DNA from: a bacterium
GTDB lineage: Bacteria; Hinthialibacterota; Hinthialibacteria; Hinthialibacterales; Hinthialibacteraceae
Assembly (NCBI GenBank): GCA_041946805.1
Contig: JBHGBC010000080.1
Coordinates: 1 to 26,229, forward strand
Direction: 5' to 3'
Length of the DNA stretch: 26,229 nucleotides
This document shows positions 1 to 7,901 of the stretch, piece by piece; within the stretch, counting starts at the first letter, position 1, and every line of letters starts with the position of its first letter. Both the position numbers and the translations under genes were made by a program. The notes below the pieces were generated by a model, which was given only the letters and a program-made list of their open reading frames with translations, did not search any database and was not told the origin of the DNA.

Positions 1-21
1 ACATCACCGCCCGGCAGTGGT

Positions 22-50
22 TTGTCACCCGCTCCCGCCGGTGGCATAAT
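22..50 (+). promoter_or_regulatory. Putative sigma70-type promoter for the cupin gene
   Basis: TTGTCA (22-27), 17-nt spacer, CATAAT (45-50), with TG at 42-43 forming an extended -10; 64 nt upstream of the ATG at 115. Confidence 0.6.
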
Positions 51-114
51 GGTTCAGGCCTGTTGGCGGTCTTCGGGTCCATGAAAAATCCAGATTACCG
101 GAAGGAATTCGGAA

Positions 115-609
115 ATGAGAAATCGATCGCGTTGGATGGGAATGGCCCTGTTGGCGGCCGCCGGGATCAGTTCACCGATTTGGATGCAAGCCCTGGTCAA
201 GGCGGACGCCGCGCCGGGCGGCGGCCCGAACCGCTCGGGCATCGTCACATGGGAGCAGGCCAAATCCAACACCGGCGAGTGGGGGGAGATGCGGGTCTTT
301 TTTGAAGGCGAAACTTTCGGGACCACGCAAAACCTCGCCGCATTGGCGGTCATCAAGCCCGGCCAGGCCCTGCATCCCGCCCACCGCCACGCCGAGGAGG
401 AATACCTCGTTATCACGGAAGGCTCCGGCGTATGGCATTTGGACGGGAAGGAGTATCCCGCTAAAAAAGGCGACGTGCTCTATACCGAGCCGTGGGTCAT
501 GCACGGCCTGGTGAACACGGGGACCGAGCCGTTGACCTTTTTTGTCGTGAAATGGAACAGCAAAGGCGTGACCCGGCCTCCTGAACCGGTGGGCGATCAC
601 GGGCGGTGA
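115..609 (+). CDS. Secreted cupin-domain protein (164 aa)
   Basis: N-terminal signal-like segment (MRNRSRWMGMALLAAAG...); cupin motif 1 HPAHRHAEEEYLVITEG and motif 2 GDVLYTEPWVMHGLVN with the metal ligands intact; AAGGA upstream. Confidence 0.85.
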   Translation: MRNRSRWMGMALLAAAGISSPIWMQALVKADAAPGGGPNRSGIVTWEQAKSNTGEWGEMRVFFEGETFGTTQNLAALAVIKPGQALHPAHRHAEEEYLVITEGSGVWHLDGKEYPAKKGDVLYTEPWVMHGLVNTGTEPLTFFVVKWNSKGVTRPPEPVGDHGR

Positions 610-685
610 AGGAAAATAGAATCGGGGGAAGGAGGGTGGATATTCGGAAATTCCATCCATCCACCCGGCGGCCTTGCTGTGACAG

Positions 686-714
686 AGCAGGGACACGTGG
701 CCACGTGCCCCGGC
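686..714. repeat. REP-like palindrome, family A (AGCAGGG.CACG.GGCCAC.TGCCCC.GC)
   Basis: agcagggacacgtggccacgtgccccggc matches 3286-3314 agcaggggcacggggccacatgcccctgc at 25 of 29 positions. Confidence 0.7.
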
Positions 715-758
715 GATCCATCGCCGGATGGTATGCCCTTGAACAATGCCGAGACGAG

Positions 759-791
759 GTAGGTTGGGCTTAAAGCGCGGATTAACCCACC
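759..791 (+). repeat. Degenerate GTAG-type REP-like element
   Basis: GTAG followed by the imperfect hairpin GTTGGGCTTAA...TTAACCCACC. Confidence 0.4.
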
Positions 792-804
792 CCCGCGGAT
801 GATA

Positions 805-843
805 CCTGCTTCCTCTGGGAGAAGGCCCAGTGTGTGGAAAACC
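805..843. repeat. Degenerate copy of family B palindrome
   Basis: cctgcttcctctgggagaaggcccagtgtgtggaaaacc aligns with ccctctccctctgggagagggttagggtgagggaaacc (3662-3699). Confidence 0.45.
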
Positions 844-944
844 TTTCACTGGGCTTACATGTCCTGGATTGTGCGTTTCCCCCACTTTCAGGAGGATAAC
901 GTTTTATTATTTTTGGGATATTGGCAAAGGAGGACGGATTCACC

Positions 945-3251
945 ATGCGATGGCCGAAGCGTTTGAAGTATTATTTTCTGTTTTGCTGTTTTGTGTCTCT
1001 AACCTTCGTGGGTGTTCCAGCGCCGGCGGAGGAAAATCCAGAGGGCTGGAAAGACATCACCCTGGAGTGGATCTACCAAAAAGAGAAACTCGGCATCCCG
1101 CCGGCCGCTCCCGATCAACCCCGCGATCTGCAGTGGTCCACGGAGGGGCATTGGCTCGCTTACCTCGTTTCGTACGCGACCGAGGCGCCGCACCTGGTGA
1201 TCTACGATCCCGCCCAGGACGCCACGGCGTTTTTGATTTCCCCCTCCGCGCTGCATGACGCGATCATCCGCCTGGCGTCTCAGCCCGAAGGCGCGCCCAT
1301 CGCTCCCACGCTGGCGCCTCGCCCGTTTCCCCCAGACGCCACCGCCATCGCCCGCATCGACGGGTATGAATGGCTGAAGAAAACCGGCGGCCTGCGCCTG
1401 GACGTGGGCGGCAAGCGGTATGCCTGGGACCGGAAAGAAAACCGGCTCCGGGAAGACACGCGGCCCGAACTGCCCGAAGGCGAAAAGAACGATGTCACCT
1501 TTTCGCCCAACGAACGCTACGCCGCTTTTACCCGCGCCAACGACCTGTATGTGTACGATCTTGAGCAGAAAAAGGAAATCCGCCTCACCCACGATGGCGG
1601 CGGGACAATCCTCAACGGCCGGATGACCTGGGTTTATTGGGAAGAGCTGCATTACCGCCGGAGCTGGCGGGCGTTCGAATGGTCGCCGGACAGCACCACC
1701 CTGGCCTATCTGCAATTCGATGAAGCGGGGGTGTCCATCTATCCCGTGGTGGACTATTCCAATCCCGTCCCCGCCACCCGGATGATGCCGTATCCCAAAA
1801 CGGGTACCAAGAATCCCACCGTGCGCCTGGGCGTCGTGCCTCTATCCACCCGCGAAACGCGCTGGATCGACCTCGGCGAGCCGTACGAGTACATCGCCGA
1901 GATGGCCTGGCATCCCAGCGGCCAAACCCTGGCCATGCAAACCCTGAACCGCGCGCAAACCCAACTGCGGCTCCTGTTCGCCGATCCCGTCCGGGGAACC
2001 AGCCGCGTCATCCTGGAAGAGAACGATCCCGTGTGGGTCAACGCGCATGGCGGGCCCTATTTTCTGGAGAAGGGCAAGGGATTTTTATGGCTGTCCGAAC
2101 GCACCGGGTACCGCCATCTCTACCGCTATTCGGAAGACGGCAAGAACGTGAAGGCGCTGACCCAAGGCGAGTGGGAAGTGAATCCCAGCCTCTGGGAAAT
2201 CTCCCTGCCCATCGATGAAGCCAAGGGCCGGGTCTTTTTCAACGCGAGCAAGCAGTCTCCTTTGGAAACGCAGTTTTATTCCGTGTCTCTCCAAGGCGGT
2301 AAAATTCAACCACTCACGCGCGAGCCGGGAACGCATGATCTGACGTTTTCCCAAGACCGCCGTTTCGCGCTGGACACATTCAGCAGCCTTATGGTCCCCC
2401 AACGCATCCAGGTACTGGACGCCAAGGGCCGTGTCGTCCGGATTCTGGGCGAGCGGACCATGGAAGACTACGCCCCTTACCGGATCAACATCCCGGAGAT
2501 CGTGGAGCTGAAGAACGCCGATGGCCTGACGTTTTACGGCAGTCTGCTGAAGCCTTTCGATTTCGATCCGATGAAGAAATATCCCGTGATCCTGCATATG
2601 TACGCCGGGCCGGGCGGCCGGGTGGTGGCCAACCAGTTCGGCAACCGCAGTCCCCTGGACATGGCCATGGTCAACCGGGGATTCCTGCTGTTCCGCTTCG
2701 ATCCCCGGGGGACGACGCACCGCGGGCGGGCGTGGGTCAACGCCATCCACCGCAACGCCTGCGATATCCCCTTGCAAGACCTCCGCTTGGCCGTGGAGTA
2801 CCTCAAGAGCCTGCCCTACGTGGCGGGAGACCGCATCGGCATCTGGGGCTGGAGCAACGGGGGCTACATGACCTGCGCCGCGATGACCAAAATCCCCGGT
2901 GTGTTCCGGGCGGGCGCGGCGGTGGCCCCGGTGACCGATTGGCGGCTGTATGACACGGTTTATACCGAACGCTACATGGGCCTGCCGGACGAAAACGTGG
3001 AAGGCTACAAGGCCAGCGCTCCGGTGAACTTCGCGAAGCAGTTGGAGGGCGCGCTGCTGTTGGCCCACGGCGTCAGCGACGACAATGTGCACATTCAGAA
3101 CATCTACAGCCTGGTGGACGCGCTGATCGAGGCGGACAAAAAGTACGAGTTGTATGTGTACCCCCAGCGCGACCATGGCATCGGCGGCGACGACCGGCAG
3201 TATCACCTCTTCCAGCGGATCCTGGAATTTTTTGAGCGGGAGCTGAAATAG
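945..3251 (+). CDS. S9B family peptidase (dipeptidyl peptidase IV-like), secreted, ~768 aa
   Basis: Start moved to ATG 945 (AAGGAGG at 927-933, signal peptide follows). DPPIV_N propeller motifs (WVYWEE, WSPD, YPKTG) and catalytic triad motifs GWSNGG, DDNV, RDH; DWRLYDTVYTERYMG. Confidence 0.93.
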   Translation: MRWPKRLKYYFLFCCFVSLTFVGVPAPAEENPEGWKDITLEWIYQKEKLGIPPAAPDQPRDLQWSTEGHWLAYLVSYATEAPHLVIYDPAQDATAFLISPSALHDAIIRLASQPEGAPIAPTLAPRPFPPDATAIARIDGYEWLKKTGGLRLDVGGKRYAWDRKENRLREDTRPELPEGEKNDVTFSPNERYAAFTRANDLYVYDLEQKKEIRLTHDGGGTILNGRMTWVYWEELHYRRSWRAFEWSPDSTTLAYLQFDEAGVSIYPVVDYSNPVPATRMMPYPKTGTKNPTVRLGVVPLSTRETRWIDLGEPYEYIAEMAWHPSGQTLAMQTLNRAQTQLRLLFADPVRGTSRVILEENDPVWVNAHGGPYFLEKGKGFLWLSERTGYRHLYRYSEDGKNVKALTQGEWEVNPSLWEISLPIDEAKGRVFFNASKQSPLETQFYSVSLQGGKIQPLTREPGTHDLTFSQDRRFALDTFSSLMVPQRIQVLDAKGRVVRILGERTMEDYAPYRINIPEIVELKNADGLTFYGSLLKPFDFDPMKKYPVILHMYAGPGGRVVANQFGNRSPLDMAMVNRGFLLFRFDPRGTTHRGRAWVNAIHRNACDIPLQDLRLAVEYLKSLPYVAGDRIGIWGWSNGGYMTCAAMTKIPGVFRAGAAVAPVTDWRLYDTVYTERYMGLPDENVEGYKASAPVNFAKQLEGALLLAHGVSDDNVHIQNIYSLVDALIEADKKYELYVYPQRDHGIGGDDRQYHLFQRILEFFERELK

Positions 3252-3283
3252 AGGGCTGAACGAGAAAAAAACGTTCCCGTTGG

Positions 3284-3319
3284 AAAGCAGGGGCACGGGG
3301 CCACATGCCCCTGCTTTTT
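3284..3319 (+). terminator. Intrinsic terminator of the peptidase gene, formed by a family A palindrome
   Basis: 12-bp stem AAAGCAGGGGCA / TGCCCCTGCTTT with a T5 run, 32 nt after the stop codon. Confidence 0.7.
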
Positions 3320-3390
3320 AAAAACACGCGGAGACCGCCTCGATATCCTCCTTCACCCTCTGGGCTGATCTTTACTCCCCAGTTCAGATC

Positions 3391-3473
3391 CGGGAGGGCG
3401 AACCTCCGGGTGAGCTATAGGAAGAAAGGGGCGTATCGGAACCATGCGGCTCGGCGCGTGCCTCGCCCTCCCG
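3391..3473. repeat. Inverted REP-like doublet, family C (CGGGAGGGCGA...GAGC)
   Basis: 3391-3415 cgggagggcgaacctccgggtgagc versus reverse complement of 3449-3473 cgggagggcgaggcacgcgccgagc: first 11 and last 4 nt identical. Confidence 0.65.
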
Positions 3474-3524
3474 TTCTCAGGCCCTGTTTTTTTGCCAACC
3501 GAAGGATGGCCATTTCGGTACTGT

Positions 3525-3561
3525 TTTCCCTCACCCCGGCCCTCTCCCAGAGGGAGAGGGA
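3525..3561. repeat. Family B palindrome (CCCTCACCC...CCCTCTCCCAGAGGGAGAGGG)
   Basis: 34/37 identical to the reverse complement of 3661-3697; further copies at 5707-5737 and 7767-7800. Confidence 0.85.
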
Positions 3562-3585
3562 GCAGAGAAGTGAGGTTGTGAAATT

Positions 3586-3747
3586 GTAACTGTTTACCCG
3601 AAAGTAGAACTTACTCCATGTTTTATTCGTAGTATGAGCCTAGAGGGGACCGCAACAGATTCCCTCTCCCTCTGGGAGAGGGTTAGGGTGAGGGAAACCG
3701 TGGAAGGGCGCAATTCATCCTTTCTCTGTAATTGAGTAATCAGTTAC
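3586..3747. mobile_element. MITE-like non-autonomous element, copy 1 (162 bp), carrying an internal family B hairpin
   Basis: Imperfect 16-bp terminal inverted repeats GTAACTGTTTACCCGA / TTGAGTAATCAGTTAC (13/16); colinear along its whole length with 7685-7853; no transposase ORF. Confidence 0.65.
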
Positions 3748-3803
3748 GAAAAATTGATGGTTTTCGTGCAAACGCTCTAATGCTTCAGCTTATAGATGAG
3801 GGT

Positions 3804-3847
3804 ACAGATCAGCCCTTATGGGAGAAGATCAGGGTGAGGGAAAACCG
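3804..3847. repeat. Decayed family B / MITE-core fragment
   Basis: acagatc...tgggagaagatcagggtgagggaaaacc resembles acagatt...tgggagagggttagggtgagggaaacc (3655-3699). Confidence 0.5.
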
Positions 3848-3986
3848 GATGGTGGTGGATTCGTTCTGCCTTGTACGCGGAACCATACGCGCATGGGGGG
3901 GACTCCCTTCAGGGGATGGCTTTACAGCCGTACCGGATTTCAATTCTGGGCACAAATCTCGAGTACGCGTTTCCCGGATGAACCAG

Positions 3987-4019
3987 AAAAAAAGCCCTCG
4001 GTAAGACCGAGGGCTTTTT
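3987..4019 (-). terminator. Intrinsic terminator (potentially bidirectional) of the 4041-5183 gene
   Basis: AAAAAGCCCTCGGT-AAG-ACCGAGGGCTTTTT; gives a U7 tail on the minus strand, ~20 nt after the stop. Confidence 0.9.
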
Positions 4020-4040
4020 CGCTTCCAAGAACGAAACCGG

Positions 4041-5183
4041 TTATTCGTCGTTCGTGGGGCCGATGCAGATCAACCACAGTTTGAAGAAGTTCACCACTTG
4101 TTGCTTGGTCAATTTGTTGGCGTTCAGCTTGTAGGTGATCTTGCTGCTGGAGGGAGCGTCGCTGCCCGCGGCCATGGTGTCCACGTACTCGATGGTGCCG
4201 GTCAGGCTGGGGACCGAATTGTCGACGAAGAAAAACGCTTCCTCGTCGCTGGTGCCGGCCTTGAACACGTCGCTCTCGCTGGTGGTGGATTTGTTCTTGT
4301 CCTCGTTGAAGCGCAGGTTGAATTCGTACTGGCCTTTGCCGTTCTGCTCGCGGTTGGGATCTTCCACCCACTTGATCGAGCCGGTGACCATATCTTCCAT
4401 GTCTTGGCCTTCCAGCGCATAGCGGAAGCGGATGCCGTCGGTGTACCAGTTGCCGGTTTCGTAATCGTAATCCAGGCGGCCGTTTACGGTGGTCCGGGGA
4501 TAGGTTCGCGCGGGGCCGGCGGCCAGGGTGATGTTGTCAAACCGCATGGGATCGCTGTTTTTCACCTGGATGTTGACTTTTTTCCCGCCCACCAGGCGCG
4601 AGAAGGTATAGGGGACCAGGCCTTTCTTCTCGGGGGATTTCCCGGCCAGCTGACCGCTGAAGCTTTCGGTAAAACCCTGCGCCGAGCCGATCGTATCGAT
4701 CGCGATGCGCAGGGGGCTGCCCTTCGCGCTCCCGCCGCCCAGTTGATAGACTCCCTTTTCGTCGATGGGGACCGTGCCGACCCATTTCCCGACGCCTCGC
4801 TTCTGGTCCAGGTTGGAGGGATTGCGCACCGAGAGAGTGATGTCATAGTGGAGTTCGGCCGGTTGCATTTCCCGCCCCAGCACTTTGCTGAAGAGGCGCG
4901 GCAAGCGGGTGATGGTCCCCGAGAATTCCGTGGTTTTCGCGACATTCAACGCGAAGGTATAAATGTCCTTGGCGTTTTGCGCGGGTGAACCTTCAGCCAG
5001 TTTTCCCGACGTGTCCCGCTGAGTGCGCGTCTGGAAATCAATGTTCATTTCACCCGCGATAATGCCTTCTTCCGTGACCAAGGGGGACTCGGCCGTTCGC
5101 GAAACCGTCACCGGCAGAACGCACAGCAGACTCAGCAAGAGCCACGGGCGTAAGGCGCGTGCAATGAATGATCGGCGGTTCAT
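4041..5183 (-). CDS. Hypothetical exported protein (380 aa), beta-rich
   Basis: Clean long ORF with AAGGAG RBS, GC3-biased codons and its own terminator; N-terminus MNRRSFI plus a hydrophobic stretch (Tat-like or Sec signal); no family recognised. Confidence 0.85.
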   Translation of the reverse strand: MNRRSFIARALRPWLLLSLLCVLPVTVSRTAESPLVTEEGIIAGEMNIDFQTRTQRDTSGKLAEGSPAQNAKDIYTFALNVAKTTEFSGTITRLPRLFSKVLGREMQPAELHYDITLSVRNPSNLDQKRGVGKWVGTVPIDEKGVYQLGGGSAKGSPLRIAIDTIGSAQGFTESFSGQLAGKSPEKKGLVPYTFSRLVGGKKVNIQVKNSDPMRFDNITLAAGPARTYPRTTVNGRLDYDYETGNWYTDGIRFRYALEGQDMEDMVTGSIKWVEDPNREQNGKGQYEFNLRFNEDKNKSTTSESDVFKAGTSDEEAFFFVDNSVPSLTGTIEYVDTMAAGSDAPSSSKITYKLNANKLTKQQVVNFFKLWLICIGPTNDE

Positions 5184-5338
5184 ATACCTATCTCCTTTTT
5201 GTTGGCCCCTTTGCTGGCAAGGGACATGGATTGGTGGAGCCTATTTGAATTGATCCATGATGTGCTTCCGCGCAGGTTGTTTGCAGCTTATTTCACACGA
5301 ATGATGGTGGTTCGTCAACCGGTCAGGCCTGCCTGGGG

Positions 5339-5371
5339 GCGGGAGGCGGCCCGAGGTTCGCGCCCTCCCGC
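5339..5371. repeat. Family C-related hairpin
   Basis: GCGGGAGG...CCTCCCGC stem; the 3' part gaggttcgcgccctcccg resembles the reverse complement of 3391-3406. Confidence 0.45.
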
Positions 5372-5671
5372 TTCGTCCTGGATCACGAAGGCTTATACGC
5401 CCAACCGGCCGGTTTATTTCAGGTTCAGCCGCGAAAGCATTGAATAATGGGCAAAGCCGGCTGAATCCATTGGCCAGCGATAATCCTCTTGAAAATCCAC
5501 CCATCGGCCGGAGGAGCCAATTTCCTGCCGCGATCCACTGACAAAGGGAATGGAAGATCTGATTCATGGTCCATCCGGCAAGTGCGTGCAGGATTGAGAA
5601 ACTCGTATTCAAGGCGCATCCGGGAAGTGCGTACATAAAGAGGTAAAATCGAATCCATTCACTCCGGGATG

Positions 5672-5698
5672 AGGGCGGACACCAAGGTCCGTCCCTAC
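5672..5698 (-). repeat. GTAG-type REP element
   Basis: Minus strand reads GTAGGGACGGACCTTGGTGTCCGCCCT: GTAG tetranucleotide plus an imperfect palindrome. Confidence 0.65.
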
Positions 5699-5706
5699 CC
5701 AAAAAT

Positions 5707-5737
5707 CCTCACCCTGGCCCTCTCCCAGAGGGAGAGG
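5707..5737. repeat. Family B palindrome
   Basis: cctcaccctggccctctcccagagggagagg, 30/31 identical to 3529-3559. Confidence 0.85.
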
Positions 5738-5848
5738 AAATTGTGGGGGTGGTTTTCATTGATCCTTTCGAAGAGATGCGAACCGGCGATCTGAAAAAAA
5801 GTACGCACTGGCTGGATGAGCCAATAATCCTGAGATGATCCATATATT

Positions 5849-5905
5849 GCAGCGCAGGCGTCCCGCCTGCAACCATTTTTTGTGCAGACAAAATGTCTGC
5901 ACCCC
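5849..5905. repeat. Inverted REP-like doublet, family D (GCAGGCG-TCC-CGCCTGC / GCAGACA-AAA-TGTCTGC)
   Basis: Two hairpins in inverted orientation 11 nt apart; the arms differ almost only by transitions that preserve each stem. Confidence 0.6.
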
Positions 5906-5974
5906 CATCAAGTGACTTTTGGCCGCTCCGTCATATGACTCTGCCGCTAACCTGTAAATGGTTCCGGTCAGCGG

Positions 5975-6967
5975 CTACTCCCGGATCCAATCCGGGCCTT
6001 CCAGGGCCGACAAGACGATGATATCGGCGGGCGGATTGATCTGCAACCGGATGGTCTTGCCGAGTGACGCGGCCAGCCATGATTTGACAGCGGAGGATTC
6101 GCCCAAGCGGGCTAAAATGGCGGGATCCGCTTGCTCCCCGGATCCCCCGCCCATCGCGTAATAAAATAATGTGTGGCTGAGGATCGCCATCTGGTCATGG
6201 GTGGGCAGCAGGCCGATATTTCTTCCGCACGCCGCATAGGGAGTATCCAGTTGGAGCCGTCCGCCGATCGCGTCCAGAACGATGCGCAAATTATCGATAA
6301 AACGCCAATGGCAGGGCCACAGCATGTCGATGGCCAAGCCCAGGGAGATCTCCGCGGGATGGCCGTCGATCCGGTCCTGCAGGATGGTTCTCGCCGTGGC
6401 CAGCCAGAATTCTTCCTGCTCGCGGTAATAGTCCGGACATTGTAAAAAATACATGGCGTCCGTCCCGGCCGGATTGTACAATATCCACCGGTATTGGGAG
6501 GATGGATCCTCGCCGGAGCGCGGCCAATGAATGCAGGAGCGGATTCTCTCGGCCACCCGCTGCGTTTGCCATTCCTTGAGTGGAGAACGCGGCCCCAGAC
6601 CGTCCAAAAGTTGAGAGGCCGGGATGGGGCCGATGTTCATATCCAGGGAAGCGGCGGGACAACCCGCGCACCAAGCCATGAGGGCCGCGCAGGCGTTTTG
6701 CCAGATGTTTTCCACTGGATGGACTTGATCGGGCGCGCGCGTCCCCAGCCCTTTGGCGCTCTCTCCCGACGCAATGGCGGCGAGAACATTGTCGATCCAG
6801 CGGCCGGCTTTGTGATGGCACATTTCAAGGCAGGATATGAGTTCCCGTATCTTCGCCACGCCGGGAGAGAGGGGAATAAGTTCGTCCTCCATCCGGTCGA
6901 TCCGCTCGATTTCGGGATCGGGCGCCACAGCGCAATTTTTCCAGCAGGAGCGAAGCGAAGCGGTCAT
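5975..6967 (-). CDS. Hypothetical cytoplasmic protein (330 aa), Cys/His/Trp-rich, with an internal repeat
   Basis: Start set at ATG 6967 (GGAGG at 6976-6980); the longer ORF call is an antisense overlap with the pilin gene. No family recognised. Confidence 0.75.
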   Translation of the reverse strand: MTASLRSCWKNCAVAPDPEIERIDRMEDELIPLSPGVAKIRELISCLEMCHHKAGRWIDNVLAAIASGESAKGLGTRAPDQVHPVENIWQNACAALMAWCAGCPAASLDMNIGPIPASQLLDGLGPRSPLKEWQTQRVAERIRSCIHWPRSGEDPSSQYRWILYNPAGTDAMYFLQCPDYYREQEEFWLATARTILQDRIDGHPAEISLGLAIDMLWPCHWRFIDNLRIVLDAIGGRLQLDTPYAACGRNIGLLPTHDQMAILSHTLFYYAMGGGSGEQADPAILARLGESSAVKSWLAASLGKTIRLQINPPADIIVLSALEGPDWIRE

Positions 6968-7070
6968 CGGCGGAACCTCCCGGCATGGGCTGGCATTCCA
7001 TCCTGTGCTTGTAATGATCAATAATACCGCAAGAGCTTGGCGGCATTGAAGAGGAAATGAGGGGAGAAAC

Positions 7071-7613
7071 ATGAGCGGCCGGATATACGCATTTACGTTA
7101 ATCGAATTGCTGATTGTCGTGGCGATCATCGGGATTCTCGCGGCGATCGCCGTGCCCAACTTCTTGAACGCGCAAATCCGGGCCAAAATCGGCCGGGTGC
7201 AGTCGGAATTCAACTCGATCCGGACCGCGTTCGAGATGTACCGGATGGATGGCAACGGGCGGTTGCCGGACGCGTGGGTGATCGGCGGATGGTATGAAGC
7301 CTGGCATCGGTTCACGACGCCGGTCGCCTATCTGCCCAGCGTGCCCATCGATATTTTTCAACCCAAGGAAAAAGTGAATTTTGTCAATGAGCACAATTTT
7401 TATGAATTCGTGGAAGCCAACCGCGTTTCCACCGGAACACAAAAGGATTTCGCGCTTGCCAGCCTGGGACCGGACCGGGAAGACGACACCCTGGAATTGG
7501 CCAACTACCCCAACTCGAACAAATGGGTTTCGTACTCGACGTCGAACGGCCTGGTCAGTGACGGCGATGTGCTGTTCGAGACGCACCCCGGGTACAATCC
7601 CATCCGGTGGTGA
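7071..7613 (+). CDS. Type IV prepilin-like protein (N-methylation domain), 180 aa
   Basis: Class III signal MSGRIYA|FTLIELLIVVAIIGILAAIAVPNF with Glu at +5; GGAG RBS. Confidence 0.92.
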   Translation: MSGRIYAFTLIELLIVVAIIGILAAIAVPNFLNAQIRAKIGRVQSEFNSIRTAFEMYRMDGNGRLPDAWVIGGWYEAWHRFTTPVAYLPSVPIDIFQPKEKVNFVNEHNFYEFVEANRVSTGTQKDFALASLGPDREDDTLELANYPNSNKWVSYSTSNGLVSDGDVLFETHPGYNPIRW

Positions 7614-7684
7614 GAAACCGCGAGGCGGCTGGGTGGATCCCAAAGGACGTACAAGACGAATAGGTATCGCGAGCAACATATTCC

Positions 7685-7853
7685 GTGACTATTTACCCGA
7701 ATACAGATACAGAGCTTTCACCGTGCTTTATTCGTGGTGTGAATGTGAATGAGAACGCGAAACGATTCCCTCTCCCTCTGGGAGAGGGTTAGGGTGAGGG
7801 TAGCCCGGAAAGGGCGATATTCATTTTTTCTCTGCAATCGAGTAAATAATCGC
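7685..7853. mobile_element. MITE-like non-autonomous element, copy 2 (169 bp)
   Basis: Terminal inverted repeats GTGACTATTTACCCGA / TCGAGTAAATAATCGC (13/16); the 37-nt core 7764-7800 is identical to 3658-3694 and the flanks are colinear with copy 1. Confidence 0.65.
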
Positions 7854-7901
7854 AATCGATCGATGATTGTACTCCCCCAAATGATCCGTAAGGAATGAAC
7901 C

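Noticed and set aside
2847..2864. GWSNGG instead of GWSYGG at the S9 nucleophile
   Set aside because: The residue after Ser varies among bacterial S9 peptidases; the triad and Glu-Glu motif are intact
3525..3847. Clustered ~35-bp repeats as a possible CRISPR array
   Set aside because: Copies are inverted or irregularly spaced, degenerate and dispersed across the window; no constant spacer length and no cas genes
3305..4084. Short ORFs in repeat-rich spacers (e.g. ...LTPALSQRERE..., and similar at 5709-5891, 7718-7909, 12725-12970)
   Set aside because: They are translations of the palindromic repeats, with no convincing RBS or coding-like composition
6968..7315. N-terminal extension of the 446-aa ORF overlapping the pilin gene
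   Set aside because: It is the antisense read of the pilin helix; a good RBS and ATG exist at 6967
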